64,000 nt of DNA from an uncultured bacterium. Lineage in GTDB: Bacteria; Patescibacteriota; Dojkabacteria; J137. The translations under genes and the position numbers were made by a program. The DNA is taken from the NCBI GenBank assembly GCA_963700155.1, contig OY969472.1, positions 317,511 through 381,510 of the forward strand, given 5' to 3'. Below the pieces are notes generated by a model. It saw nothing but the letters and a program-made list of their open reading frames with translations, ran no database searches and was not told where the DNA came from. Of this stretch, positions 55,427 to 64,000 are shown in pieces. The first letter of the stretch is position 1, and each line of letters starts with the position of its first letter.

Positions 55427-57949
55427 ATGAATCTGGGAAACATTCCTACACTTATCTTAACAGCCTTTGTAATAGGATTTATTTTGTATATACTCTATTT
55501 GAGGTTTCTTCATTTAAAGACTACAGTTCATGAAGAGATTAAAGATAAAGTACTTCTGAAAATCTCTGTTCCTGTAAAAAATGATAAAAAAGCTTTAGCA
55601 GCAGAACAAATGTTCCAGTCATTACATGGAATTCTTAAACATGAAGAAAAATCTTTAGATCACTACTCTTTTGAAATATTTGCTGCTGCTCATGGGATTT
55701 ATTTTGTTGTTGGGTGTCAAAGAAGATATAAAACTTTTTTAGAGAACCAGATTTATGCTCAATATCCTGAAGCTCAAATTACTGAAGTTACTGACTATGC
55801 TTCAACAGGGCAAGGATATAATTATGCTTTCTCAGAACTAAGACTATCAAAAGAATTTTTTTTACCAATAAAAACATTTACAAGCTTTGAAGTTGATCCT
55901 TTAGCTTCAATTACTGGGGCTGTCGCAAACTTAGAAAATAATTATGAAGCTTGGATTCAAGTAGTAACAAGACCTGTTGATAACAAATGGCAAGATAAAG
56001 GTAAAAAATATGTAGAAACAGCTCGTCAAACAAAAACCGAATCAGGAGAATCAAAAGCATTATCTGAATCAATTTTAGAGAATCTAAAAGAAATTGAAAA
56101 AAAATCGAGTAAAGTCGGTTTTCAGTTTATTATAAGAATAGTTGTTAAGGGATTAGACCCTGTAACATCCCAACATTATCTTGAAGATATTGAAGCTGCT
56201 TTCAAACAATTCCAGACTGCACAACAAAACAGCATAATAAAACCAAAGAAAAAAAAGAAATCTATATTTAAAAAATTTAATGAAAATGTAACTAGTTTAA
56301 TTCAAGGAAAACGAGAAGGTGAAAAATTAAATATATTACAAAAATATACTGCAAGGTTTTTAGATGAAAATGAAGAAAATATTTTAAATACAGAAGAATT
56401 AGCATCAATCTACCACCTCCCTAACGAATCTGTAAAAACACCAAATATATCTTGGGCAAAATCACGAAAATTAGAGTTTCCACTGAATCTACCTATTGTT
56501 CAACCGAGAAATGATGACAAGAATATAAGACCATTCGCTTTAACAGATTATAGAAATATCCACCTCCCATTTGGTATAAAAAAAGAAGATCGAAGAAGGC
56601 ATATGTACTTATTAGGAAAAACAGGAACTGGTAAAACTACATTTTTAAAGAACATGATTGTCGGAGATATTATGGATGGAAATGGTCTAGCTGTTTTAGA
56701 TCCTCATGGAGATCTTGTAGAAGAATTATTAGATTTAATACCGGAAAATAGAATTCAAGATGTAGTATATCTTGACCCATCTGACGTTGAATGGCCAGTA
56801 GGTCTTAATATGCTTGATATTCATCCTGATGAAACTAAGGACCTACTGGCCGACGGAATAGTAAATGTTTTTAAAAAGTTTTTTGAAGATTCATGGGGTC
56901 CAAGGCTTCAATATATACTGACTAATACTTTAATAACATTGCTTGAATGCCAGAACGTCTCGCTTTTGGCGGTTCAGAGAATTTTAACAGATAGAAATTA
57001 CAGGAAATTCTTACTAAAACAAGTGAAAGATCCATTTTTATTAAAATTCTGGAATGATGAATTTGATGCAATGAGCCAAAACCCAAGAATGCTTGCTGAA
57101 GCCTTGGCACCAATCCAAAACAAAGTCGGTCGATTTTTGAATTCAACAATGGTAAGAAATATGCTTGGACAGATAAAGTCCTCAATTAGTCTGCAGGATA
57201 TTATGAATCAACAAAAAATATTATTAGTAAATCTATCTCAAGGTAAAATCGGTGAAGAAAACTCTTCTCTTTTAGGAGCTATGATTGTAACAAGAATGTA
57301 TTCAAACGCAATGCAGAGAGCAAAGATTCCTGTAGAGCAAAGAAAAGACTTTTATTTGTATGTTGATGAGTTCCAAAACTTTGCGACTGATTCGTTTATA
57401 AAAATACTTTCAGAAGCTAGAAAATATGGACTTAACCTTATCGTTACTCACCAATATATCGACCAGATAGATGAAGGAATTCAGGATGCAATCTTCGGGA
57501 ATGTTGGTACATTAATGAATTATGTTGTCGGTCAAAAAGACTCTTTAAGATTAGAGCAGGAATACACTCCACATTTAACTTCTGAAGATTTGATAAATCT
57601 TGATAGATATAGATTAGCTATGAAGATGACAATTGAGGGAGCCCAGACTCCTCCATTTACTGCGATTGCATTAAAGCCTAGCTATTATGAATATAAATTA
57701 AAAGAGCAAATCAAGAACTATGGAAGAGAAACATATGCAAAATCAAGAGCGGAAGTTGAATTAAAGTTAAATAAGTGGGCAAGCCAAGTTTATGATAAAA
57801 AAGGTAATTTAATGCAGCCTGGTCAAAAATATGATAATTTTGAGCAGAAAAAAGAAAATAGAGACGAGAATAAAGCAGAAGGTAAAGAAAATACAAATCA
57901 AATTACTACAAGAGTAACTTCTCAAACAAACAATCCAGAGAAAAAATGA
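55427..57949 (+). CDS. Membrane-anchored P-loop NTPase of the TraD/VirD4/TrwB (type IV coupling protein-like; FtsK-HerA superfamily) type
   Basis: 840 aa with an N-terminal TM. Walker A LLGKTGTGKTTFLKNMI, then ...AVLDPHGDL...; Walker B ...DFYLYVDEFQNF.... The layout resembles a T4SS DNA-binding/coupling ATPase. Confidence 0.5.
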   Translation: MNLGNIPTLILTAFVIGFILYILYLRFLHLKTTVHEEIKDKVLLKISVPVKNDKKALAAEQMFQSLHGILKHEEKSLDHYSFEIFAAAHGIYFVVGCQRRYKTFLENQIYAQYPEAQITEVTDYASTGQGYNYAFSELRLSKEFFLPIKTFTSFEVDPLASITGAVANLENNYEAWIQVVTRPVDNKWQDKGKKYVETARQTKTESGESKALSESILENLKEIEKKSSKVGFQFIIRIVVKGLDPVTSQHYLEDIEAAFKQFQTAQQNSIIKPKKKKKSIFKKFNENVTSLIQGKREGEKLNILQKYTARFLDENEENILNTEELASIYHLPNESVKTPNISWAKSRKLEFPLNLPIVQPRNDDKNIRPFALTDYRNIHLPFGIKKEDRRRHMYLLGKTGTGKTTFLKNMIVGDIMDGNGLAVLDPHGDLVEELLDLIPENRIQDVVYLDPSDVEWPVGLNMLDIHPDETKDLLADGIVNVFKKFFEDSWGPRLQYILTNTLITLLECQNVSLLAVQRILTDRNYRKFLLKQVKDPFLLKFWNDEFDAMSQNPRMLAEALAPIQNKVGRFLNSTMVRNMLGQIKSSISLQDIMNQQKILLVNLSQGKIGEENSSLLGAMIVTRMYSNAMQRAKIPVEQRKDFYLYVDEFQNFATDSFIKILSEARKYGLNLIVTHQYIDQIDEGIQDAIFGNVGTLMNYVVGQKDSLRLEQEYTPHLTSEDLINLDRYRLAMKMTIEGAQTPPFTAIALKPSYYEYKLKEQIKNYGRETYAKSRAEVELKLNKWASQVYDKKGNLMQPGQKYDNFEQKKENRDENKAEGKENTNQITTRVTSQTNNPEKK

Positions 57950-57961
57950 TGAAGCTAATAA

Positions 57962-58153
57962 ATCAAATACCTTGAATTAGTGGGACAATGGGCGGCGCTT
58001 TGCGCCGCCCAGAGAGAGTTTGATCACCTCCAGTCAACGGTTTCCCTTTGGAATTCGGATTCGAAGGTACCCCCTGTTTAGGTTAGGTACGACTCTAATT
58101 CCTCCTCTCCAAGCTCTCCCGCGACCTTTGGTGTAGGACTTTTTTTGTGCCAT
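57962..58153 (-). CDS. Small, highly basic protein (63 aa from the ATG at 58153; an in-frame upstream ATG at 58195 would give 77 aa). It is unannotated and not in the provided ORF track
   Basis: My own translation: MAQKKSYTKGRGRAWRGGIRVVPNPKQGVPSNPNSKGKPLTGGDQTLSGRRKAPPIVPLIQGI*. A strong SD (AGGGAG) lies 7 nt upstream of the ATG. The ORF ends within or just after the GC hairpin at 57989..58009. Confidence 0.3.
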
Positions 58154-58341
58154 TTCAAACTCCCTAAAAATTTTTGCCCAGCTCTCATTCGGCATGGGTT
58201 AAATCGAATTTTATCACAAATAAAAATATGTTACCAATATATAATGACTAAACCTAGATTTTTATTAAAATATCTTATATAATTCATAATCGAAAATTTA
58301 GTTTCTCTCTTATGCTTTAACGCTAAGAGAGAGGGGGTATT

Positions 58342-58476
58342 ATGAAATCCAGATTCAAAAAAAAAGAATTCGGTCTTTGTTCCAAGCGCAAAAAAAAGAA
58401 ACAGGGAAGTAATGAGGACCGCCGTACCGACAACAAGATACGGCGTGTTAAAAAAGAAAAAGAAACTACAACCTAA
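58342..58476 (+). CDS. Small, very basic 44-aa protein, unannotated
   Basis: MKSRFKKKEFGLCSKRKKKKQGSNEDRRTDNKIRRVKKEKETTT*. A GAGGGGG SD lies 6 nt upstream and overlaps the 3' arm of a 5'UTR hairpin (58306..58338). A GC-rich terminator (58488..58509) follows immediately after the stop. Confidence 0.3.
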   Translation: MKSRFKKKEFGLCSKRKKKKQGSNEDRRTDNKIRRVKKEKETTT

Positions 58477-58587
58477 TATTTTCGATCAGGGGCGGGCGTG
58501 CCCGCCCCTGTTAAACCGAAACTTACCATCTCGTAAACTTCATAAATTTATTCTAGAATATTTGAAATTATTTATAAGCAAAAAGAT

Positions 58588-59193
58588 ATGCTTCAAAAAC
58601 TACTTCCACTTAATTTGAAGATGAATAAATTAATAAAATTCATGATTTATTCTGATCTAATTTTTCAGACTGGCTGGGGTTTAATTAATCCAATTATTGC
58701 AGTGTTTATAACAGACCAAATTACAGGAGCTGATGTTGCCGTTGTTGGTATTGCAGCTACAATTTATCTTGTTGTGCAAAGCATCATTCAAATTCCTATT
58801 TCTCATTATATTGACTCAAAAAAAGGAGAATTTGATGACTATAGAATTATGATTGTCGGAAGTGTTCTTTTAGCAAGTTCAGCGTTCTTATATATTTTTG
58901 CTAAAGAAATCTGGCATGTTTATTTAATACAGATTGTAGGTGGTATTGGGGCAGGATTATCTTATCCAGGATGGGTTGCCATCTTTACAAGACATATTGA
59001 CAAAAATCGTGAGGGATTTGAATGGAGTTTTTATTCAACACTTGTTAACTTAGGAACAGCTTTAACAGCAGCTATTGGAGGATTAGCTGCTAATGCTTTT
59101 GGATATAAATATTTATTTTTAACAGTTGGTATACTTTCAATAATCGGCACCTTATTTCTGTTTTTTATACATTCAAGCCTAAAGAAGAAATAA
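58588..59193 (+). CDS. Polytopic membrane protein, about 6 TM, possibly a half-size MFS-like permease
   Basis: 201 aa, hydrophobic. Confidence 0.35.
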   Translation: MLQKLLPLNLKMNKLIKFMIYSDLIFQTGWGLINPIIAVFITDQITGADVAVVGIAATIYLVVQSIIQIPISHYIDSKKGEFDDYRIMIVGSVLLASSAFLYIFAKEIWHVYLIQIVGGIGAGLSYPGWVAIFTRHIDKNREGFEWSFYSTLVNLGTALTAAIGGLAANAFGYKYLFLTVGILSIIGTLFLFFIHSSLKKK

Positions 59194-59898
59194 TTAACTT
59201 TCAGGTATTAAAGTTAATACTTCACATTCAGCAATATTTGCTAAAGCATCTGAATCTGATAAAGTTCCTGCAATTCCTGCATCATTATGCATAGGTATTG
59301 CTATCTTTGGTTTTATAGTATTTATAGCTTCTGCTGCTTCTTGAACACTCATAACATAAGTTCCAGAAACCGGAATCATTATTATATCTACTTTCATTGG
59401 TTCTTTCATTTCATTAATAAAGTCTGTGTCACCAGTATGATAGATAAATACATTCTCATCATCTGCAATATTTACAAATTCTAAAAGAAAACCTAATCCA
59501 TTATTTTCTTTTGGATGGAAAGGTTTTCCTGGTTCTTGGAATTTATTGATATTGTAAGCGGGTTTGGAATGGATTTTAAAGTTTTCAAAGTCTTTAGTTT
59601 CATTTGGATTCATCTCAATAAAATTTGGAATATTCATTCCTTCCAAACCCGCTTTAACTAGTTCATTTCCTATAACAACTGTTTCAACTTTTAAGATTTT
59701 TTGAAGGCTGACTTTATCTAAGTGATCGAAATGTTCATGAGAAATTAAAATAAAGTCAGCCTTTGGTTGCTCATCAGGCAGCTTATAAGGATCAATATAA
59801 ATATTTTTATAATCTTGCATTGTACTATCTGTTGGATAATCTATCCTAAATCCATCATGCAAATATTTCGTTATTTTTAAATTTTTATATTCATACAT
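59194..59898 (-). CDS. Metallo-beta-lactamase-fold hydrolase
   Basis: ...FILISHEHFDHLD... is the HxHxDH zinc-binding motif. Confidence 0.7.
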   Translation of the reverse strand: MYEYKNLKITKYLHDGFRIDYPTDSTMQDYKNIYIDPYKLPDEQPKADFILISHEHFDHLDKVSLQKILKVETVVIGNELVKAGLEGMNIPNFIEMNPNETKDFENFKIHSKPAYNINKFQEPGKPFHPKENNGLGFLLEFVNIADDENVFIYHTGDTDFINEMKEPMKVDIIMIPVSGTYVMSVQEAAEAINTIKPKIAIPMHNDAGIAGTLSDSDALANIAECEVLTLIPES

Positions 59899-59975
59899 AA
59901 AAAAATACTAACAAATATACTTTATTTTACTATAAATATTATTTTTACTTTTTTGGTTAAAAACTAGTAAAAGCT

Positions 59976-60443
59976 ATGAAAAATAAGCTTAGTAGAGTTA
60001 TAATTCTTTGGTTTATTTATAGAAATAAAATTATGGATAATACAGTAATAGACGAAAAAATAATACAAGTTCCAACTATAGTAGGGATAATGGGACAATC
60101 ACAAGAAAATTTAAAACTAATAATTAATAATATCAAAGAAGAAATATTCAGTGAACCAAATAATAGGAATTCTTATGTACATGGAATAATCTCCCTTACA
60201 ACAACTCTAAACGAGGGCAATAAATTAAGTCCTAACAATGAACATGCGGTTAATAAATTTAAATTAACTCAAGCTGCAATAAATATCATTTGCTCTCAAT
60301 TTTATAATAGTACGACTTTCAGAGTTGACCTTTTTAAAGATGCTCTTAAAGCATTTTGTAACTTTATTGAATTAAGAGATTATGTTGATACCAAAGTTTT
60401 ATTAGATGGTATCGATCGATTCTTCAAAATAACAGAACAATAA
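59976..60443 (+). CDS. Hypothetical protein
   Basis: 155-aa ORF with no motif recognised. Confidence 0.3.
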   Translation: MKNKLSRVIILWFIYRNKIMDNTVIDEKIIQVPTIVGIMGQSQENLKLIINNIKEEIFSEPNNRNSYVHGIISLTTTLNEGNKLSPNNEHAVNKFKLTQAAINIICSQFYNSTTFRVDLFKDALKAFCNFIELRDYVDTKVLLDGIDRFFKITEQ

Positions 60444-60486
60444 AAATCTTCTTGACATATATACTCCCCCCTAGTATCATATCTTC

Positions 60487-60747
60487 ATGACAGAAATTCA
60501 GTGCATAGATATAAAAAAACAAATGAATAGAATTTCAGGACAAGTTAAAGGAATTGATAAAATGATCGATGAAGGTCGTGACTATCTTGAAATTATTCAG
60601 CAAATAAAAGCAGTTCAGTCTGCTCTTTCCCGTTTGGGTGTAGAACTCTTGAAAGATGAATCAAAACAATGTTTTAATAAAACAGACAATGCTGAAAAAG
60701 TTAAAAAATTTGAAGAATTAGTTGCAAACTTTTTCAAAATTGCATAA
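60487..60747 (+). CDS. CsoR/RcnR-family metal-sensing transcriptional repressor
   Basis: 86 aa: ...KKQMNRISGQVKGIDKMIDEGRDYLEIIQQIKAVQSAL...QCF fits the DUF156/CsoR pattern, including the conserved C...H/C. Confidence 0.7.
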   Translation: MTEIQCIDIKKQMNRISGQVKGIDKMIDEGRDYLEIIQQIKAVQSALSRLGVELLKDESKQCFNKTDNAEKVKKFEELVANFFKIA

Positions 60748-60777
60748 TTTATTTAATCTATTTATTAGTTTATTTTT

Positions 60778-61152
60778 ATGAGTAATGACAATAAAGCATC
60801 TAACGATGCAACAAAAAAAGTGCTTGAAACGGAGCTTACTAATGATAATTTTAATGACTTTGTCGAGAAAGGATATACTTTCGTAGATTTCTGGGCTGAA
60901 TGGTGTACCCCGTGCAGAATGGTTGCTCCAGTTGTAGAAAAACTTGCTCAAGATTGGAAAGGAAAAATAAAAGTCGGTAAATTAAATACAGATGATCATC
61001 CTGAAATTGCTATGAAATACCAAGTTATGGGTATCCCCACCTTTATTATGTTTAAAGATGGTGAGTTGGTAGATAGAATGACAGGAGCGGTTCCACCACC
61101 AATGTTTACACAATTTGTAACAAAAAATTATAAAGAAGAGAAAGCTAAATAA
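60778..61152 (+). CDS. trxA: Thioredoxin
   Basis: ...FVDFWAEWCTPCRMVAPVVEKLA... has the WCxPC active site. Confidence 0.88.
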   Translation: MSNDNKASNDATKKVLETELTNDNFNDFVEKGYTFVDFWAEWCTPCRMVAPVVEKLAQDWKGKIKVGKLNTDDHPEIAMKYQVMGIPTFIMFKDGELVDRMTGAVPPPMFTQFVTKNYKEEKAK

Positions 61153-61179
61153 AATTATTTAAGTTTTAGGATTTCAATT

Positions 61180-62097
61180 ATGAATAAAGTCGTAATAATA
61201 GGTTCAGGACCGGCAGGATTAACAGCAGCCATATATGCTTCAAGAGCAAGGCTTGAACCTGTTTTAGTAGCAGGATATCAATATGGCGGCCAGTTAATGA
61301 ATACTACTTTAGTTGAAAATTATCCAGGGTTTATTGATGGTATTGATGGACCAGTTTTAATGGATAACATGTTAAAACAAGCTCAAAAATTTGGAACTGA
61401 AGTAGTTTTTGAAAATGCTGTAAAAATTGAAAATAAGGATGAAAATAAAATAGTTACAACAGATCAAGGGAAAACCTTTGAAGCAAATACTGTAATTATT
61501 GCAACAGGAGCTCTTCCTAAAAAACTTGGAATACCGGGAGAAGATAAATTTTATGGGAAAGGTGTTTCAACATGTGCAACTTGTGACGCAGCATTTTTTA
61601 AAGATAAGATTGTAGCTGTTGTTGGAGGTGGTGATAGTGCTATGGAAGATTCAAGTGTCTTATCGAAATTTGCATCTAAAGTTTATGTTATTCACAGAAG
61701 AGATGAGCTTAAAGCAAGTAAGATTATGCAGGAAAGAGTTTTGAATAACCCTAAAATTGAGGTCATATATAATACAGAAGTTAAAGAAGTTATTGGTGAT
61801 CAAAATGTAGATTCTTTGAAATTATTTAATAGTGTTGAGAACAAAGAATCCGAATTAAAAGTTGATGGTATGTTCTTAGCTATCGGTCATATTCCTGTAA
61901 CAGATTTTGTTAAAGGATTAGTTGAATTGGATGAAGTGGGATATATAAAAACTCCTGATGGTGTTCACACATCCTTAGATGGTATTTTTGTTGCAGGTGA
62001 TGTTCAAGATCATATCTATAGACAAGCTGTTACAGCAGCAGGAGCTGGATGTAAAGCAGCATTAGAAGTTGAGAAATGGGTTGAAGCTAAAAAATAA
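61180..62097 (+). CDS. trxB: Thioredoxin-disulfide reductase
   Basis: VVIIGSGPAGLTAAIYASRA (FAD); the CATCDA redox-active disulfide; GGGDSAMED (NADPH). Confidence 0.9.
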   Translation: MNKVVIIGSGPAGLTAAIYASRARLEPVLVAGYQYGGQLMNTTLVENYPGFIDGIDGPVLMDNMLKQAQKFGTEVVFENAVKIENKDENKIVTTDQGKTFEANTVIIATGALPKKLGIPGEDKFYGKGVSTCATCDAAFFKDKIVAVVGGGDSAMEDSSVLSKFASKVYVIHRRDELKASKIMQERVLNNPKIEVIYNTEVKEVIGDQNVDSLKLFNSVENKESELKVDGMFLAIGHIPVTDFVKGLVELDEVGYIKTPDGVHTSLDGIFVAGDVQDHIYRQAVTAAGAGCKAALEVEKWVEAKK

Positions 62098-62152
62098 TTG
62101 ATTGAAAATAATATCTGATCGTATAATCAAATATAATTTTTATAATTAATAG

Positions 62153-62644
62153 ATGCAATCAGATCCTAAACATGAACTTGTTGATGTCTTTCCTGAAGAA
62201 CACTCTTTGTCAAACTGCTTTCTTTCTCCAGTTCTTTACAGAGAGATTGAATTCAAATCTGTTGAGCATGCTTATCAATTATTTAAGTTTTTTAAAAATG
62301 GCGTTGGGTGGACTATACCGCTAAATGTACGCTTACAAATTATAGAGGCTCCAACAGGACCTGAGGCTAAAAGAATTGCTTATGAATACAAAGCTGATAT
62401 GATTATTACTGACACTAATGAGAAAGTAACTTTGGCATACGAAATTATGCGTGAGAAATTTATTCAAAGTAGTGATCTCAGAAAAATCCTTCTTGAAACT
62501 GATCCAAATACTCTTTTTGAACAAAGTCCTGGAAATACTGAATCAGATAAATTTTGGGGAATAGGAATTGATGGAGCTGGAGAAAATGTTATCGGAAATA
62601 TATTGATGCACATTAGGAAAGAACTTCTTATACATAGAATTTAA
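62153..62644 (+). CDS. NADAR-domain protein (YbiA/DUF1768-like N-glycosidase family)
   Basis: ...SNCFLSPVLYREIEFKSVEHAYQLFKF... fits the NADAR signature (SNF.p..F...g..y.SvEHyfQa.Kf). Confidence 0.6.
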   Translation: MQSDPKHELVDVFPEEHSLSNCFLSPVLYREIEFKSVEHAYQLFKFFKNGVGWTIPLNVRLQIIEAPTGPEAKRIAYEYKADMIITDTNEKVTLAYEIMREKFIQSSDLRKILLETDPNTLFEQSPGNTESDKFWGIGIDGAGENVIGNILMHIRKELLIHRI

Positions 62645-62648
62645 TAGA

Positions 62649-63221
62649 TCATTTTCTAATAAAGAACATATCCCCATAACTTCTTTCTTCGGGAGTTGGA
62701 TATACTTTATCAATAAATTTATAAGTTTTTGATAAATAATCTTTTAGATTTTTCTCAGTGTTCTTATAAGAATTATGGAATTCTACGAAGATATAATCAA
62801 ACTGGTTCAAGTCTGCACCTTCTAAAACATCAAACTCTGAACCTTCAACATCCAAAACCAAACAATTATAATTCTGCAGATTATGTTCATTTATAAAAGT
62901 CTTTAAAGTCTTACTAATATGGTTCTCCTCTCCACTAAATACTACACCGAATTCTTCTCCTTCAGTATAAATACTTGAACATGTAGGGAATTCTGCAATG
63001 TGCAATGTTACCTCTTCGCCATCTTTATCAGTAATCAATTCGTTATAAGCATTATTCGTTTTCTTTATTAGCTCATTGAAAGCTTTATTTTGGGGTTCAA
63101 TAAAAACCGATGGCCAATTATTAAACATTTCGACCTCTTCTCCAACTGAAGCACCAACCTGAATGATTCCTCTCACATCTAATTTATTTTTTTTTACAAT
63201 ACCAGGGAAATTAAAAAGCAT
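62649..63221 (-). CDS. FkbM-family methyltransferase
   Basis: ...IQVGASVGEEV... and ...CLVLDVEGSEFDVLEGA... are FkbM motifs. Confidence 0.6.
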   Translation of the reverse strand: MLFNFPGIVKKNKLDVRGIIQVGASVGEEVEMFNNWPSVFIEPQNKAFNELIKKTNNAYNELITDKDGEEVTLHIAEFPTCSSIYTEGEEFGVVFSGEENHISKTLKTFINEHNLQNYNCLVLDVEGSEFDVLEGADLNQFDYIFVEFHNSYKNTEKNLKDYLSKTYKFIDKVYPTPEERSYGDMFFIRK

Positions 63222-63229
63222 CTGTTATT

Positions 63230-64000
63230 TTAGTAAGTTTCTACTTTGAAAGCAATAACTTCATCACCTTCTTCAACACCTTCAACTTTAGGATCGATTA
63301 TAATTCCACATTCTAATCCCTTCTTTACTTCACGAACTTCATCTTTTCTTATTCTTAAAGAAGAAATTTTTCCTCTTCCAACTTCAGCTTCACCCCTCAT
63401 TACTTTCACTCTATAACCTTTTATAAATACACCTTTTGTAACTTCACATCCAACTACTGTATCTCCATTTGACAAAGTAAATACTTGTTTAACTTTTGCA
63501 TTAGCAATGGCAACTTCTTCTTCTATAGGCTTTTCCATGCTCTCAAGAACTTCCTGAACTTCATCAAACAATTCATAAATTACTTCATAATTTCTTACTA
63601 ATACTCTCTCTGATTTTGCAATTGCTTCAATTTTCGAAGGAGTTGGAAGTTGAAAAGTAACTATAATTCCTTTTGCTAATTTTGCTCTTGAGATTTCATC
63701 TTCAGTAACGTCCCCTGTACCAGAATCAAGAATACTGACCACAGATTCATCGGAACCTAATGTTTTTAATTTCTCAACGATTGCTTCTAAAGTTCCTTCA
63801 GTCGAGGCTTTAACAATAACATTAAGCTTTTTTTGTTCAATACCTTGTTTAATTTCCTCTCTTTTAATTAACATTTGTGCAAAAAGAGATTCAGTGTCTA
63901 ACCCTTCAAGCTGAGGATTTTCTTCAACTACTTGATTCTGAGATCGTAACTCTTTTTGCACTTCTTTAGCTTGCTCTTCAGTTTCAGTAAAATATATTAT
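63230..64000 (-). CDS. infB: Translation initiation factor IF-2, C-terminal portion; the gene continues beyond the window end
   Basis: ...NVIVKASTEGTLEAIVEKLKTL...ILDSGTGDVTEDEISRAKLAKGIIVTFQ...YEVIYELFDEV...GCEVTKGVFIKGYRVKVMRGEAEV...LECGIII... matches IF-2 domains C1/C2. Confidence 0.85.
   Translation of the reverse strand: MIYFTETEEQAKEVQKELRSQNQVVEENPQLEGLDTESLFAQMLIKREEIKQGIEQKKLNVIVKASTEGTLEAIVEKLKTLGSDESVVSILDSGTGDVTEDEISRAKLAKGIIVTFQLPTPSKIEAIAKSERVLVRNYEVIYELFDEVQEVLESMEKPIEEEVAIANAKVKQVFTLSNGDTVVGCEVTKGVFIKGYRVKVMRGEAEVGRGKISSLRIRKDEVREVKKGLECGIIIDPKVEGVEEGDEVIAFKVETY

Noticed and set aside
57950-58341. tmRNA, RNase P RNA, SRP RNA or a tRNA in the 390-bp ORF-poor gap containing a TTCGAATCC-like string.
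   Set aside because: No acceptor or T-arm pairing consistent with a tRNA-like domain. No ANDENYALAA-type tag reading frame. No GGAAAGUCCGG (RNase P P4) or SRP domain IV motif. The region is better explained by two small basic-protein genes with SD sequences and terminators.
1-64000. Alternative genetic code, with UGA recoded as in Gracilibacteria or Mycoplasma.
   Set aside because: Long conserved genes (tuf, fusA, dnaG, gatB, trxB) are intact with standard stops. The split genes show frame changes at homopolymers, not in-frame TGA.
1-64000. CRISPR arrays, integrases, transposases or phage genes.
   Set aside because: No regularly spaced direct repeats were seen. No tyrosine- or serine-recombinase or DDE-transposase motifs appear in any ORF. 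The duplicated region at 14370..22517 is a paralogous operon, not an IS element.

Overview
The window is an AT-rich bacterial chromosomal segment, roughly one-third GC by eye. It reads under the standard genetic code: tuf, fusA, dnaG and gatB are intact with no in-frame TGA.

Housekeeping genes recognised from conserved motifs:
- Translation: rplC (3' part), rpsJ, tuf, fusA, rplS, rpmH, truB, gatB, infB (C-terminal part, runs off the window end).
- Other core functions: greA, dnaG, rnhB, uppP, sufS, trxA, trxB, and tRNA-Leu(UAG).

Most of the rest encodes envelope or surface proteins:
- a VanY-like M15 carboxypeptidase;
- an M23 peptidase that looks circularly permuted;
- a DUF2207-like protein, two DUF4012-like proteins and a PEGA-domain protein;
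- an ABC-2 exporter and a split GT4 glycosyltransferase;
- a TraD/VirD4-like ATPase.

The most unusual locus is 14370..22517 on the minus strand. It holds two tandem copies of a three-gene module: two small N-terminally anchored proteins followed by a giant secreted protein. The giant proteins are cysteine-rich and combine thrombospondin-type-1-like repeats with an FN3-like domain and a shared C-terminal module; the longer paralog also has two LamG (concanavalin-A-like lectin) domains. This looks like an undescribed adhesin or host-contact system.

Three genes (rpiB, nfo and the GT4 glycosyltransferase) are each split by a frame change at an A/T homopolymer. That pattern points to assembly indel errors at least as much as to real pseudogenes.

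GC-rich perfect hairpins act as terminators in this AT-rich background, and one of them sits antisense inside dnaG. Two unannotated divergent mini-genes encode highly basic peptides.

I suspect a reduced-genome lineage such as Patescibacteria (CPR), but that is weak inference from gene content only. No CRISPR array, integrase or transposase was seen.
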